Shown here: positions 13,242 to 23,207 of the stretch, piece by piece
How positions within the stretch are numbered: position 1 is the stretch's first letter
Layout: every line of letters starts with the position of its first letter
From: Prasinococcaceae sp. CCMP 1430
Lineage: Eukaryota; Plantae; Prasinodermophyta
Assembly (NCBI GenBank): GCA_013416795.1
Contig: RQSC01000018.1
Coordinates: 86,029-130,005 of the forward strand
Direction: 5' to 3'
DNA: 43,977 nt
Made by a program: the position numbers and the translations under genes
Notes under the pieces: generated by a model
What the model was told of the DNA's origin: nothing
The model's database searches: none
The model's input: only the letters and a program-made list of their open reading frames with translations

Positions 13242-14552
13242 GCCGCCCGGGTGGGGGGGGGGCGAAAGGCGCCGCAGGCGAGGCGGGGCGAGGCGAGGCC
13301 AGCTGGAGCGCGCGCGCGGCCTGCGGTCGCGCGGTGGGGAGCGCCCGGCGCGCACCCACAGTACCATAACCATATCCTGTTTGTTTTCTCCCTCGTCGAG
13401 CGCCTGCGCCTGCGCGCCGGTGGCTTGGCGCGGGCGGGCGCCGCGCGGGCGAACCGAACCCCAGCCGAATCCATACAGAGCCTCTGCAGCAGGAAACTGA
13501 CGAAAAGGGGCCGCCCGGTTTCGATGCGGGGTGCCTCATCAGATCAGCGGACGCGCCGCCCCGCAGCGGGCACCGCGGCGCATCATGGATGGGGGCCGCG
13601 CGCTCGGTCGGGGAACGCGCGCATGCAATTCCATATCAAAAAAAAAAAGAGCGCGGACGGTCGCGCGCGCGGCCGCAAAAAAATAAGGACAGCAAAAAAC
13701 CAGCCTCACGCGGTCTTCCAGTGTAGTCACGCAACACAGTACTAACCGCGCCGAATCAGGCTTAACTAGCAGGGATCGGACGTGTCCTGGTGCTTTCCTG
13801 ATCGTATGAAGGCTGGATGGCAGCGGAGCGAAAATGTCGGTATATGAATGTGTCGTTTCAGTACTTCCGATTGATACGAGCGTGGGGAGCGACTCGTCGC
13901 GGGGCGAGCATCTGGCTTACTGCTGTACCTCCCCGAGTCTGCGCGTCCCGGCGATGGCGGGCGGCTGGCCCCTTCCGCCCGCCTTGGGATGCCGTCGGGC
14001 CGGCCAGCGGCCGCGCCCCGGCCGCGGCCGACGGTCGGGGAACGCCCCGGGCGGACGTCGCCCCCCCCCCCGCCCCCCCTTCCCCCTGTGCGCGCTCGCG
14101 CTCGCTCGTGCACGTCTGGCGCCCCCGGGGAAGGCGGGCCGCTCGCTCGCTCGCGCCGTACGAACACGAGCGCGAACGCGCGCTCGCCCGCGCCCCCCCC
14201 TCCCCCCCTCCCATCTCTTTGAACGAGGACTCATCTCCGATGGAAAAAAAGAATGGCCGTGTCGACTCGAATCATCTCAGACACGCGCTTGTGCCCACGG
14301 GCGACGCAGACACAGCTGAACGTCCCCCGACGCGACGTTTTTTTTTGAAAATACAACACACACAGGGTCACACACACGCCATCCTTTTTCTGTCGGCGTG
14401 CAGAGGCAGGGCCTGCGCGCGCGCCGCCGCCGGCAGGCAGCTTCGCAGGCCGAGTTTTTTTTATTTTTATTTTTTTATTTTTTTGGGCGATGAAAAGGGC
14501 GTCCAGCAATGCGGTTTGACGTCGGTTTTGGCGTGCGCGGAAAAAAAAACGC

Positions 14553-14557
14553 AAAAA
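14553..14557 (-). terminator. RNA polymerase III T-tract terminator for the tRNA
   Basis: TTTTT on the minus strand 8 nt downstream of the discriminator base. Confidence 0.7.
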
Positions 14558-14565
14558 GGAAGGCC

Positions 14566-14708
14566 TGTCCCACGCGGGGCTCGAACCCGCGGCTTGGAGC
14601 TTTTTCGAACGAATCGCAAAGATTTCGGGGTCATAAGGCTCCCAGTGAAGGACCCGGATGCGGCGAGAAAACGATCGGGGTCGCTCTGACCAACTGAGTT
14701 AGTGGGAC
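14566..14708 (-). tRNA. trnI-UAU: tRNA-Ile(UAU) with two introns (about 14681-14643 at position 25/26-26/27; about 14631-14602 at 37/38)
   Basis: Removing 39 and 30 nt gives a 74-nt cloverleaf: GTCCCAC/GTGGGAC acceptor, D-loop AGTTGGTCA, GGAGC-CTTATGA-GCTCC anticodon arm, GCGGG-TTCGAGC-CCCGC T-arm, discriminator A. Confidence 0.85.
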
Positions 14709-15639
14709 GCGGACGGCGGCGGCGTAAAGGCCGCGAAACATCCGGGACCTGGAAAACTCAGCGCCCAGACCGCGCGCGGCAGCGACGCCGCAGCTTTCCA
14801 ATGGACAAGAGAGTTTAGGTTTGGGAAACTTATGGGGATACAAACGTGCTCACTTTTCATGTCAAAGTGAACGCACGCGGACGTCCTAACCCTTCCATGA
14901 ACCCCAACTTGCCGCGATGCGGCGCGCCTGTCGGGGTGCTCGCCCGTGGGTAAAAATTATATGGATTTAACAGGAGCGTGTTCTTGTGGTGTGCGGCGCG
15001 CCGTGCTGCGCGCGGCGCGCGATCCGCGCGCGCGGGGATCTCCATCGGGGGGCAGGGAGAGGCCCACGCGCGCCGATCGGCTGCGAAAAACGGCGCCGCG
15101 CGGCGGGGGAGGGCCCAGCGGGCGCGGCGCCCGCTTCGTCCGCGCGAGGGCCCGCGGAGCGCACGAGCGAAACGGCGCGCCACCCGCGAGGTAGCGTGGT
15201 CCGGCGCAAGGCGCCGGGGGGGCGTTGCACGGGACGCGCGGGCATGAAAGTCATCCGTTTCCCGTTCCGTTCCGGCGGGCGACGGCCGGCGGCGACGGCG
15301 GCGGTGCTGCTGCAGATGCCGCGGCGGCGGCTCGCAGTGGCGCGCCGCCGCGCGCGTATGGCGTCGTTTGGCGCCATCAGGACGCACCGGCACGTCGCGG
15401 AGCCGCGCGGGGAAACGCACGTTGACCGCGGGACCCGCGCCGCCCCGCGACGGTGTGTGGGTGTGGGTGCGGGTGTGGGTGTGGGGCGGGCCGGTTGGGG
15501 GAGGGGAGGGGGGCTTGGGGGCTTGGGGGGGGGGGGAGGGCGTGTTCCGGATGGCAGGGGTCGCGGCTGACAGGCCAAGCGCTGCTCGGCTCTTGGCGCC
15601 ACTCTGCCGCTGGGTTCCGTCCCTGCGCAGATCGCGGCC

Positions 15640-17574
15640 ATGCCCGCGATGTCGCGCACCGCGCTCATCGGCGCCGTGTGCGCCGCAGGCGTCGCGTGCG
15701 CGTCCGCCGAGTACTACGCGTACAACACCACCGCCCCTACGGACGGCGTCGATGTGTGGGCGCTCCTCGCCTCTTTCGATCCGGCCTGCCCGCGGGACTG
15801 CGCCAACAGCAACCGGGACGCCAGGACTTACGGGGTCCCGCGGTGCGAAGACGACCAGGAGGAGTTCGGCATCGCGTGCCGCACGCACTTTTGCTACGAC
15901 TTGCTTACAGTCGTTGCGGAGATGGACCCCGCCCCCTTCCGTGAGGCCGGCCATGGCGAGTTGATTGATGCTCTCCCCTGGTTCATGAATGCGTGCGATC
16001 CGGAGGGTGCGGGTGAGCTCGGCGAGTGCCCCAAGGGGAAGCAGCTCGACATGATGGCCGACAACGTCTTCGACAGCTGCCAGAAGGACTGCTCGTTCGA
16101 CAAGAAGGAGGCCAAGCAGCTTGGCATCCCGAAGTGCTCCAAGGGGGACGAGGAGTACGGCGACAAGTGCTTCCTCGACCCTGCGTGCGGCTTCGCCTTC
16201 GCCGAGATCCTGCCCCACGTCCATTGCCTGGACCAGGAAGTTTCCGAGGCCGGCGAAGCGGTCTTGAATGCGTGCGGCTTCGGAGACGCCGATTATTATG
16301 AGGACGACGAGGACTACGTGGCAAGCGGCGAGAGCTACTGCGAGGAGTCGGACTTCAACAAGAAGGATTGCAAGTCGCAGCCGATATGCTCGTGGCATGA
16401 CGGCGAGTGCTGGTTCAGCGGCAGCGATGAGCACCACCCCTACGAAGACCACTACCCGCACTACCCGGAGGACGACCACTACCCGCACTACCCGGAGTAC
16501 CCGCAGGACGACCACTACCCGCACTACCCGCAGGACGACCACTACCCTCACTACCCGGAGTACCCGGAGGACGACCACTACCCGCACTACCCGGAGTACC
16601 CGCAGGACGACCACTACCCGCACTACCCGGAGGACGACCACTACCCGCACTACCCGCACTACCCGGAGGACGACCACTACCCGTACAACAACTACACTGG
16701 GTACGACGACCACTACCCGTACGACGACCACTACCCGTACAGCAACTACACTGGGTACGACATCCCCTACCCGTACTACCCGGATGAGGACCACCACGAC
16801 GACCACCACGACGACCACCACGACGCCCCGTGCCCCAAGAACAAGCATATCGAGCCGCTCGTCGACGCCTTCTTTGAGAGCTGCATGCCTGACTGCGCCG
16901 CGAGCAAGAGCGAGGCCAAGGAGCTGGGCATCCCTAAGTGCTCGAAGGGCGAGGAGCAGTACGGCGGCGGGTGCTACCAGGACCCCGATTGCTTCGCCGC
17001 CATCTACGAGATTCTGCCCGTTGCGCACTGCCTTCCCGAGGAATTTGGTGACATCGCCGAGCCCATCGCGATCGCGTGCGGGTTCGTTCCCCCCGAGGAG
17101 GACCATGATGACCACCACGACGACCACGACGACCACTACCCCCACGACGACCACTACCCCCACGACGACCACTACCCGCACTACCCGGAGGACGACCACT
17201 ACCCGTACTACTCCCACTGCGACGGCCTCTCGAAGAAGAAGTGCGGCAAGGAGGATGGCTGCGTCTACGAGAACAAGATGTGCATGGAGGAGCCGCACGA
17301 CGACCACTACCCGCACTACTCCCACTGCGACGGCCTCTCGAAGAAGAAGTGCGGCAAGGAGGATGGCTGCGTCTACAAGAACAAGATGTGCATGGAGGAG
17401 CCGCCGATGCCGGTGAAGGAGTCCAAGAAGGAGTCCAAGAAGGAGTCCAAGAAGGAGTCCAAGAAGGAGTCCAAGAAGAAGGAGTCCAAGAAGAAGTCCA
17501 AGAAGGAGAAGTCCAAGAAGAAGGACAAGTCCAAGAAGAAGGACAAGAAGAAGAAGTCCAAGAAGAAGAACTAA
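15640..17574 (+). CDS. Secreted His/Tyr/Asp/Pro-repeat, Cys-rich protein with poly-Lys tail (644 aa, intronless)
   Basis: Signal-peptide-like TALIGAVCAAGVACASA; strong G/C third-position bias in this frame; internal domain triplication, DDHYPHYPE repeats and KESK repeats. Confidence 0.88.
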   Translation: MPAMSRTALIGAVCAAGVACASAEYYAYNTTAPTDGVDVWALLASFDPACPRDCANSNRDARTYGVPRCEDDQEEFGIACRTHFCYDLLTVVAEMDPAPFREAGHGELIDALPWFMNACDPEGAGELGECPKGKQLDMMADNVFDSCQKDCSFDKKEAKQLGIPKCSKGDEEYGDKCFLDPACGFAFAEILPHVHCLDQEVSEAGEAVLNACGFGDADYYEDDEDYVASGESYCEESDFNKKDCKSQPICSWHDGECWFSGSDEHHPYEDHYPHYPEDDHYPHYPEYPQDDHYPHYPQDDHYPHYPEYPEDDHYPHYPEYPQDDHYPHYPEDDHYPHYPHYPEDDHYPYNNYTGYDDHYPYDDHYPYSNYTGYDIPYPYYPDEDHHDDHHDDHHDAPCPKNKHIEPLVDAFFESCMPDCAASKSEAKELGIPKCSKGEEQYGGGCYQDPDCFAAIYEILPVAHCLPEEFGDIAEPIAIACGFVPPEEDHDDHHDDHDDHYPHDDHYPHDDHYPHYPEDDHYPYYSHCDGLSKKKCGKEDGCVYENKMCMEEPHDDHYPHYSHCDGLSKKKCGKEDGCVYKNKMCMEEPPMPVKESKKESKKESKKESKKESKKKESKKKSKKEKSKKKDKSKKKDKKKKSKKKN

Positions 17575-17792
17575 GCTTGAGACCAGTCATCCAACCCTCT
17601 AGAGAATGGTCGCGTCCTAGCCTGCCTCGCCAAGTAACAGGACACGCATGCGGCCGCGCGTGTTTATTCGATCCGCGCGTCCAGATGCGCGCGCGCGGGC
17701 CGCGTCCGCCCCTGTGATGACACGGGAATTACTACCAAGGCGCGCCCGCCGCGCGCCCGCGCGCGCAGACGCGGCACGTCACTTGCCTCGCC

Positions 17793-19168
17793 CTACGGCC
17801 GCGTGTCGCCCCTGATGATCGAGCACACCGAGTTGCCCACGCCCGTAGCGCTCACGGCCAGGCCGACGAGGAGCATGAGGGCGGCCGTGCGCGAGCGCGC
17901 GGGCGCCGAGCGCAGTGCGCACAGGGCCGGCATGAGGAAGCCGATGACAACCGACACGGTCGAGCCCACGAAGGAGAAGGCGATCCATATGTTTGGGATC
18001 GCCAGCGAGGCGCCCAGCGCGAGCGCCACCAGCGCCACCGACAGCGCTAGCCGCGGCGCCGCGGCGAGGTCGGCCGCGCCTTTGCGGCCGCGCCACACGC
18101 TCGCGACGACCGCCTCGCGTACCTCCCAATTTATGGCCGTGTACGTGCACACCAAGCTGCAGCTGTAGCCGATCTTCACCGCACACGCCAGCTCCTTGGC
18201 GAAGGGCACCAGCGCGGTGAGCCGGGCGTCCGACAGGTTGGAGAGCGCGTCGTCCATCGTGTCCTCCCCGAAGACCAGGTACGCCGCGGCCGCGGTGAGC
18301 ACGTACACGGCGCACGCCGCGAGGAGCGCCCGGCGCACGGCGGCGCCGACGCGGCCGCGCTCGTCCGGTGCGAGCGCCGCGCGCAGCGCGTGCACGTTGT
18401 AGTGGCACACGTACGAGTTCATCATCACCGCGAACACCGTGAGCTCGCCGACGACGTCCCCCGCCACCGAGGAGCCTTTGGCGAACTCGGGGAAGAGGCG
18501 CACGCCCTTGGACAGTGGCGAGTCGGCCCCGAGGGCGAGGCTCCGGGCGCAAAGCGCCACCATGGTGGCCACGAAGAGCGCCATGAGCGCCGCGCTGGCG
18601 TACGAGGCGAAGCGCAGCGTTTCGATCCTTTTGACGGAGGTGAGGGGCACCACGAGGGCGAAGGCGACCGCCGACACCACCAGCGGGCGGCTGTTGGACC
18701 ACGCGGGGGCGCCCAGAGCGGCGAGCGCGCCCTCCGCGCCGCGCGCGCCCGCCAGGCAGTCGCCAACGATAATGAGGTACACTACGCACAGCCCCAGGTT
18801 GTTGACGACCACGCAGGCACGCAGCACCGACGCCGCGGCGGGGCCCAGCGCGCGCCGTACCGTCTCGGCGTACGTCCGACCCCCGTTGGCCTCGGTGGCA
18901 CTCAGCAGCAGGCCGACCGTCACGTCGGCGACGAGCGCCACCAAAACAATGGCCAGCACGCCCGGGACGACGCCCAGCACTTTGAGCACCGCGGGCAGCG
19001 ACATTATGCCCGCGCCGAGTACCGTGTTGAGCAGCACGAAGACGGTCGCGCCGAACGTCGAGTGCTTCGACGGCGACGGCGACGACGCGAGCAGCGGCAG
19101 CCGCTCGCCGCCGCCCGCGGCCACGGAGGGGGCGGCCGAGCCGGCGCGCTGCCGCCAGGCGGCGCCAT
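17793..19168 (-). CDS. Amino-acid/auxin permease family transporter (Aa_trans, AVT6/SLC38-like); start unresolved
   Basis: STFGATVFVLLNTVLGAGIMSLP, NNLGLCVVYLIIVGD, MNSYVCHYNV, FSFVGSTVSVVIGFLMP; about 11 hydrophobic segments. The nearest ATG (19168) is out of frame with the ORF. Confidence 0.88.
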
Positions 19169-19910
19169 ATCGCGCGCCACCCGCAGGGCGCGCGCGCGCG
19201 CGCGCGTCGGTCCGCGCTAGTGTGTGCGTGTGCGGTGGTGGCACTTCGGTGTGGTGTGGTGTGGTGTGGTGTGTGGTGTGGTGTGTGGTGTGTGTGTGTG
19301 TGGGGCGCAGTGTGTGTGTTGTTGGCTTCTTGCTGGGGCTGCCTGCGGCGGACTGCTGCCTGCGGCGGGCTGCCTGCTGAGGCTGCCTGCGAGGGCGCGC
19401 CGCGCAGCCCGCGAGCGCGGCAGGTGCGCGTGCAGTGTGGTGCCCCAGGCCCTCGAGGGTGTCTACGCATGCATGCACCCTCACGCGTGTGCCCCCCTCC
19501 GTTACACCCTCCCCGCCGCGCTGGTGTTTGTCAATGTTTAGTGTGTGTGTGTGTGAGCGCCGCCCTCCCCCCCCCCCCCGGCCCGTCGCCGGGTCATGCG
19601 TCCCGCGTACCGTCCCATGATGCATATCGCAGTGACCGCACATGGTATCGTCGAGCCGCTGGCGAGCTGCGGCGTAAAAAAAAAAAAGCACGTCAAATCG
19701 AACGCGCGCTTTAGCAGGCCACTTCGGAGCGCGCTCGGGCGCCGCCGCTTCCCTGCGGCCCGGGGGAACGCGAACGCGACGCAGCGCCGCGGCGAGAGGA
19801 CGCGGGCGCCCGCGCTGGCGCGGGCGCGCGCGCAGGCGTGCTCGCGTGGCTCGCAGGAGCGCTCTCCGTATCGATACATCGAGCGCGGCTGCGCGCGCCG
19901 GCGTCGTCGC

Positions 19911-22298
19911 TCACTGGAACGTAGAGTCGTCGTCGCCAGCGTCGGCCGCCCCGCGCGAGCCGTCGCACTTGGGCGCGGGTAGCTCGAAGCACGCGATCTG
20001 CGTGGAGCCACCGCGACTGGCACGCACGCGCGCGAGCGACAGCGTGCCCTCCGAGACGAAGCTCGCGCATTCGCCGCTGTTGTCTTCCCAGTGGCACTCA
20101 GAGCACCAGCCGCGCCACTCGAGCGGCCGGAAAGTGCCGTCGCACATCGCCTCGGGCAGCTGCGAGCCCCTCCCATCGGAATCCACCCCCCGCCCGCCGC
20201 GCAGCGCGTCGAGCAAGCGCTGCGCGTCCTCCATGCGTAGCGACAGCGAGGCGGCCGCCGCACAGCTGCCGCCTCCGCCTCCCCCGTCCGCACACCCGGC
20301 GTCAAAGAAGTCCACCGACTCGCGCGCGACGCCCTCGGCGACCTCCGGCGCGTACACGACGTCGATGCCGAACTCGGTCTTCGCCCGCTCAATGAGGGCG
20401 ACGTTGTTGAAGAGCTGGTCCGGCGGACACGACATCGGCAGGAAGTTGTCCTTCTCGGACCCCGGCACCATGCAGCCGGTGGAGAAGATGTTGTCGTGGC
20501 CAGCGTTGGACCTGTCACACGCGCACCAGAAATGCCGCGGCAGCACGAGCGTTCCGAGGCCAGCCGAGTGCGCGGCGGCGAGGCCCGCGAGCACGCCAAG
20601 ACGCTGCTCGTCGACCAGCCGCAAGTGCGCCTTCAGGCGCGCGTCGGCCGCGGGTGTCGCCTTCCGCAGGTGCTCCGGAAAGTTTCCAGGGAACTTGGCA
20701 TCCCACGCCTCGCGCGCGCCCGCCTTGGCCAGTTCAGCCTCCGAGCCGGCATCGACCGGCATGGGCAGCGACCGCAGCAGGAGCACCCTGCCGTTGCCCG
20801 TGCGGCAATCCCCGCCGCTCGCCCGGCCGACCCCCGTCCCCACGCTCAGCCTCCCACCCTCCATTTCTTCCCCGCGCCAGACGCCCATGTGCCTCATGCG
20901 GTGCGTCTTGCCGGCCATTGTGTTTCCGAGCGCGCCGAAGACGTGCGTGAAGTGGGCGGCGAGCGGCACGCGGCCGACCGCCTGCATGCTGTGCTTGATT
21001 GCCCATGCGTGGCCGTTGGCGACCAGAGGCGGCGGCAGGATGCCCATGTCCACGTCGAGCGCGCCCACGGAGTTGCGCTCGCCAAGCGCGCACAGCCGCG
21101 AGGGGGCGCCCGCGCGAGCCAGGTCCGGCGCGCTCTGTCCGCTCCGCCACGCGGCGCGCGCACGAGCAGCATCGCCGAAGGACTCCGCGTAGCACTCCGC
21201 CGCGAGTGCACCTCGAGCAGCCAAGTGGTTGTAGACCTGCTGATCGGTCTTGAGGTCCTTCACACGCACGCCGTTCACCTCCTCGAGGTCGCCGCGCATG
21301 GCTGAGAGCATCCTTTCGCCGAGCGACAGCGCACGAGGCGTGTTGCGCCAGACGACCACGCCCGTGTTAAGCTGCCCGTGCCGCGAGTATGACGACCCCT
21401 CCGCGGCCTCCACGAGCACGCTCAGGTTGTCGCTCGACACGGAGACGTCCGCCGCGGCAATGTCGGCGCACGCCGCGCCCTCGTCGAATGCGAACGACCC
21501 CGCTGCGCTGCCGGCGTCGGTGGGATCGATCCGCCGCTCGACCGCAGCGCCGTCCGGCGCGGCCTCGCCCCGCAGCAGGCACGGCGTCGGGTCGCGCAGC
21601 CAGAGTGCGTCGGCGTCGCTGACCACCGCGACGTCAACCAGTCCATTCTGGAGGGCGAGGAGCGCGTAGCGGAATTTGATGACACCGAGCTGCTTCCAGC
21701 CGCCCGTCGAGTGGCCCGTGCCCTTGAGGTCCGCGCTGTCGGTGAGCTCCGGGGTGGGGAATGCTGGCACGCCTCGCGCTCGCAAGGCGCGCAGCGTGGT
21801 CTCATCGAGCGCCCCTACCGCGTGTGGCACGCCGGCGGCCTCGGCGTGCCAGAGCCACGTGCGCCCCAACGGCAGCGCCTTGGCGTCGAAGAAGGTCAGC
21901 ACAACCGCGCGCGAGCCGTGCGAGCCATGGCGCACGGCCTCGCCGAACGCATCCTCGGCGCTCTTTCCGTCGTGCACCGACTCGGGCATGCGCTCCGCGG
22001 CGGCGGTGCGCTCCTGCTGCTGCTGGTGGTGGTGGTGGTGGTCATTTGCATCAGCTGCCCCGATCGTGGCTTTGCGCGCTCCACTGTCAAGCGCGGAAGC
22101 CAGCCTCGCTGCCATCGCCTCGCTGACGCTGTCTCCGCCCTGGACGCTCGCGCCTTCGCCGCGCACTGTCCAGCGGGCGCGTCTGCCCCCCGACACGCCG
22201 GCAAAAACGCGCAGCCGCGGACCGGCGACCACCGCCAGCGCGAGCACGGACGCGGCGAACGTCACCATGAGCAGCGCGGCCGCGTTCGGCCGCCGCAT
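19911..22298 (-). CDS. XEG113: GT77 nucleotide-diphospho-sugar transferase, XEG113-like arabinosyltransferase (type II membrane)
   Basis: N-terminal signal anchor; VGALDE, SDADALWLRDP (DxD), LNTGVVVWR, DQQVYN, VANGH, HFTH...K.HRMR..G.W and the XEG113-type C-terminal LVLPR.WCACDR...GC..PGS...LPM.CP.D. Confidence 0.78.
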   Translation of the reverse strand: MRRPNAAALLMVTFAASVLALAVVAGPRLRVFAGVSGGRRARWTVRGEGASVQGGDSVSEAMAARLASALDSGARKATIGAADANDHHHHHQQQQERTAAAERMPESVHDGKSAEDAFGEAVRHGSHGSRAVVLTFFDAKALPLGRTWLWHAEAAGVPHAVGALDETTLRALRARGVPAFPTPELTDSADLKGTGHSTGGWKQLGVIKFRYALLALQNGLVDVAVVSDADALWLRDPTPCLLRGEAAPDGAAVERRIDPTDAGSAAGSFAFDEGAACADIAAADVSVSSDNLSVLVEAAEGSSYSRHGQLNTGVVVWRNTPRALSLGERMLSAMRGDLEEVNGVRVKDLKTDQQVYNHLAARGALAAECYAESFGDAARARAAWRSGQSAPDLARAGAPSRLCALGERNSVGALDVDMGILPPPLVANGHAWAIKHSMQAVGRVPLAAHFTHVFGALGNTMAGKTHRMRHMGVWRGEEMEGGRLSVGTGVGRASGGDCRTGNGRVLLLRSLPMPVDAGSEAELAKAGAREAWDAKFPGNFPEHLRKATPAADARLKAHLRLVDEQRLGVLAGLAAAHSAGLGTLVLPRHFWCACDRSNAGHDNIFSTGCMVPGSEKDNFLPMSCPPDQLFNNVALIERAKTEFGIDVVYAPEVAEGVARESVDFFDAGCADGGGGGGSCAAAASLSLRMEDAQRLLDALRGGRGVDSDGRGSQLPEAMCDGTFRPLEWRGWCSECHWEDNSGECASFVSEGTLSLARVRASRGGSTQIACFELPAPKCDGSRGAADAGDDDSTFQ

Positions 22299-23207
22299 GG
22301 CCGCGTGGCCGCCGCTCGCCTCGCCCCTCCCCAACACGATCGTCGTCCCCGCCCACCCAACCCCCCTCGCAGCCACCGCAGCCACCGCAGTGCCTCGTTG
22401 CGCGCCCGCCGCGCGGCCTGCATGATTTGACGCGCGTCCGCGTCCCCCTTCCCCCCTCCCCCCCTTCCCGCCCCGGTCGCCCTCCAGCCCGTGCCGCTCC
22501 TCCCACCACCACCACCACCAGACACACACACACACACACACTCGCGCCACCCCCCGCCGCTTCCCCGTCCCCGGGGAACGCGTCGCTGCGCGCGTCCTGC
22601 TACAGAACCGCACAAAGGGTTGGCCCCAAACCAAGATCTGGAAGAGCGCTACTTTGGGTTAATTCGAGGGTTTGTGTCCGGCTGCCCTTTTTCACACTGG
22701 GAATGCTCGCGACCCGGGTTCGCACGATTTGACCCGCTCTTGGGGTTCTCAAGACCGGGCGTTTCCATCGGTCCGACCGGCATCATCCCGGTGTATGACC
22801 CGGGTCGAGGGTGTCAGACCGAGCGGCTTCGTACATCTGAACCCTCCATTCAACTTTCGTATCACATGTAATTCATAAATGACCTTACCTCAAACACAAC
22901 CCAAAATCGTCCCCCCTCTGCTCGGCTCGCCCCGGGCTCGGGTCAGATCTCCGCTCTGCGGGTTGCGCGCGGATCGCGACGCAATCGGGCGCCCCGGGGC
23001 GCTTTCGCGGCGAGCGCGCGCGCTCGTCCGCGGGTCGGGGTGGCGAAACGAGTCCGCGGAACGACGGTTCCGTCCGCGAAATGGGCGGAGGATGTGGCCG
23101 TCGAAGGAGATGTCACCAGGCCCCTGCAGGACTGGCTCACGCGCGCGCCGCCCACCGCCCAAGCCCCCGACACACACACCGCCCGCGCGCGCGCGCACGC
23201 ACTCTTC

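Noticed and set aside
13741-13930. SRP RNA, U3 or RNase MRP assignment
   Set aside because: Only scattered short motif resemblances; the required conserved elements are not present in the correct order.
14255-14338. Second tRNA or permuted tRNA (TTCGAGT and CACGGCCA on the minus strand)
   Set aside because: No pairing T-stem, no G53, no matching GGCCGTG 5' acceptor strand and no D-arm.
14633-14635. Alternative anticodon UAA (Leu) from a shifted intron boundary
   Set aside because: There is no long variable arm, and the D-loop, T-arm and G37 fit plant-type Ile(UAU).
16447-16780. CRISPR-like repeat array
   Set aside because: The repeats are in-frame coding units (DDHYPHYP) without unique spacers, in a eukaryotic gene; no cas genes are present.
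14857-17325. Long antisense ORFs (also 8511-9326, 11214-13373, 33606-34280, 37298-38863)
   Set aside because: They shadow real genes; extreme GC3 bias removes stops on the opposite strand, and the products (poly-Val and similar) are mirror images of the sense repeats.
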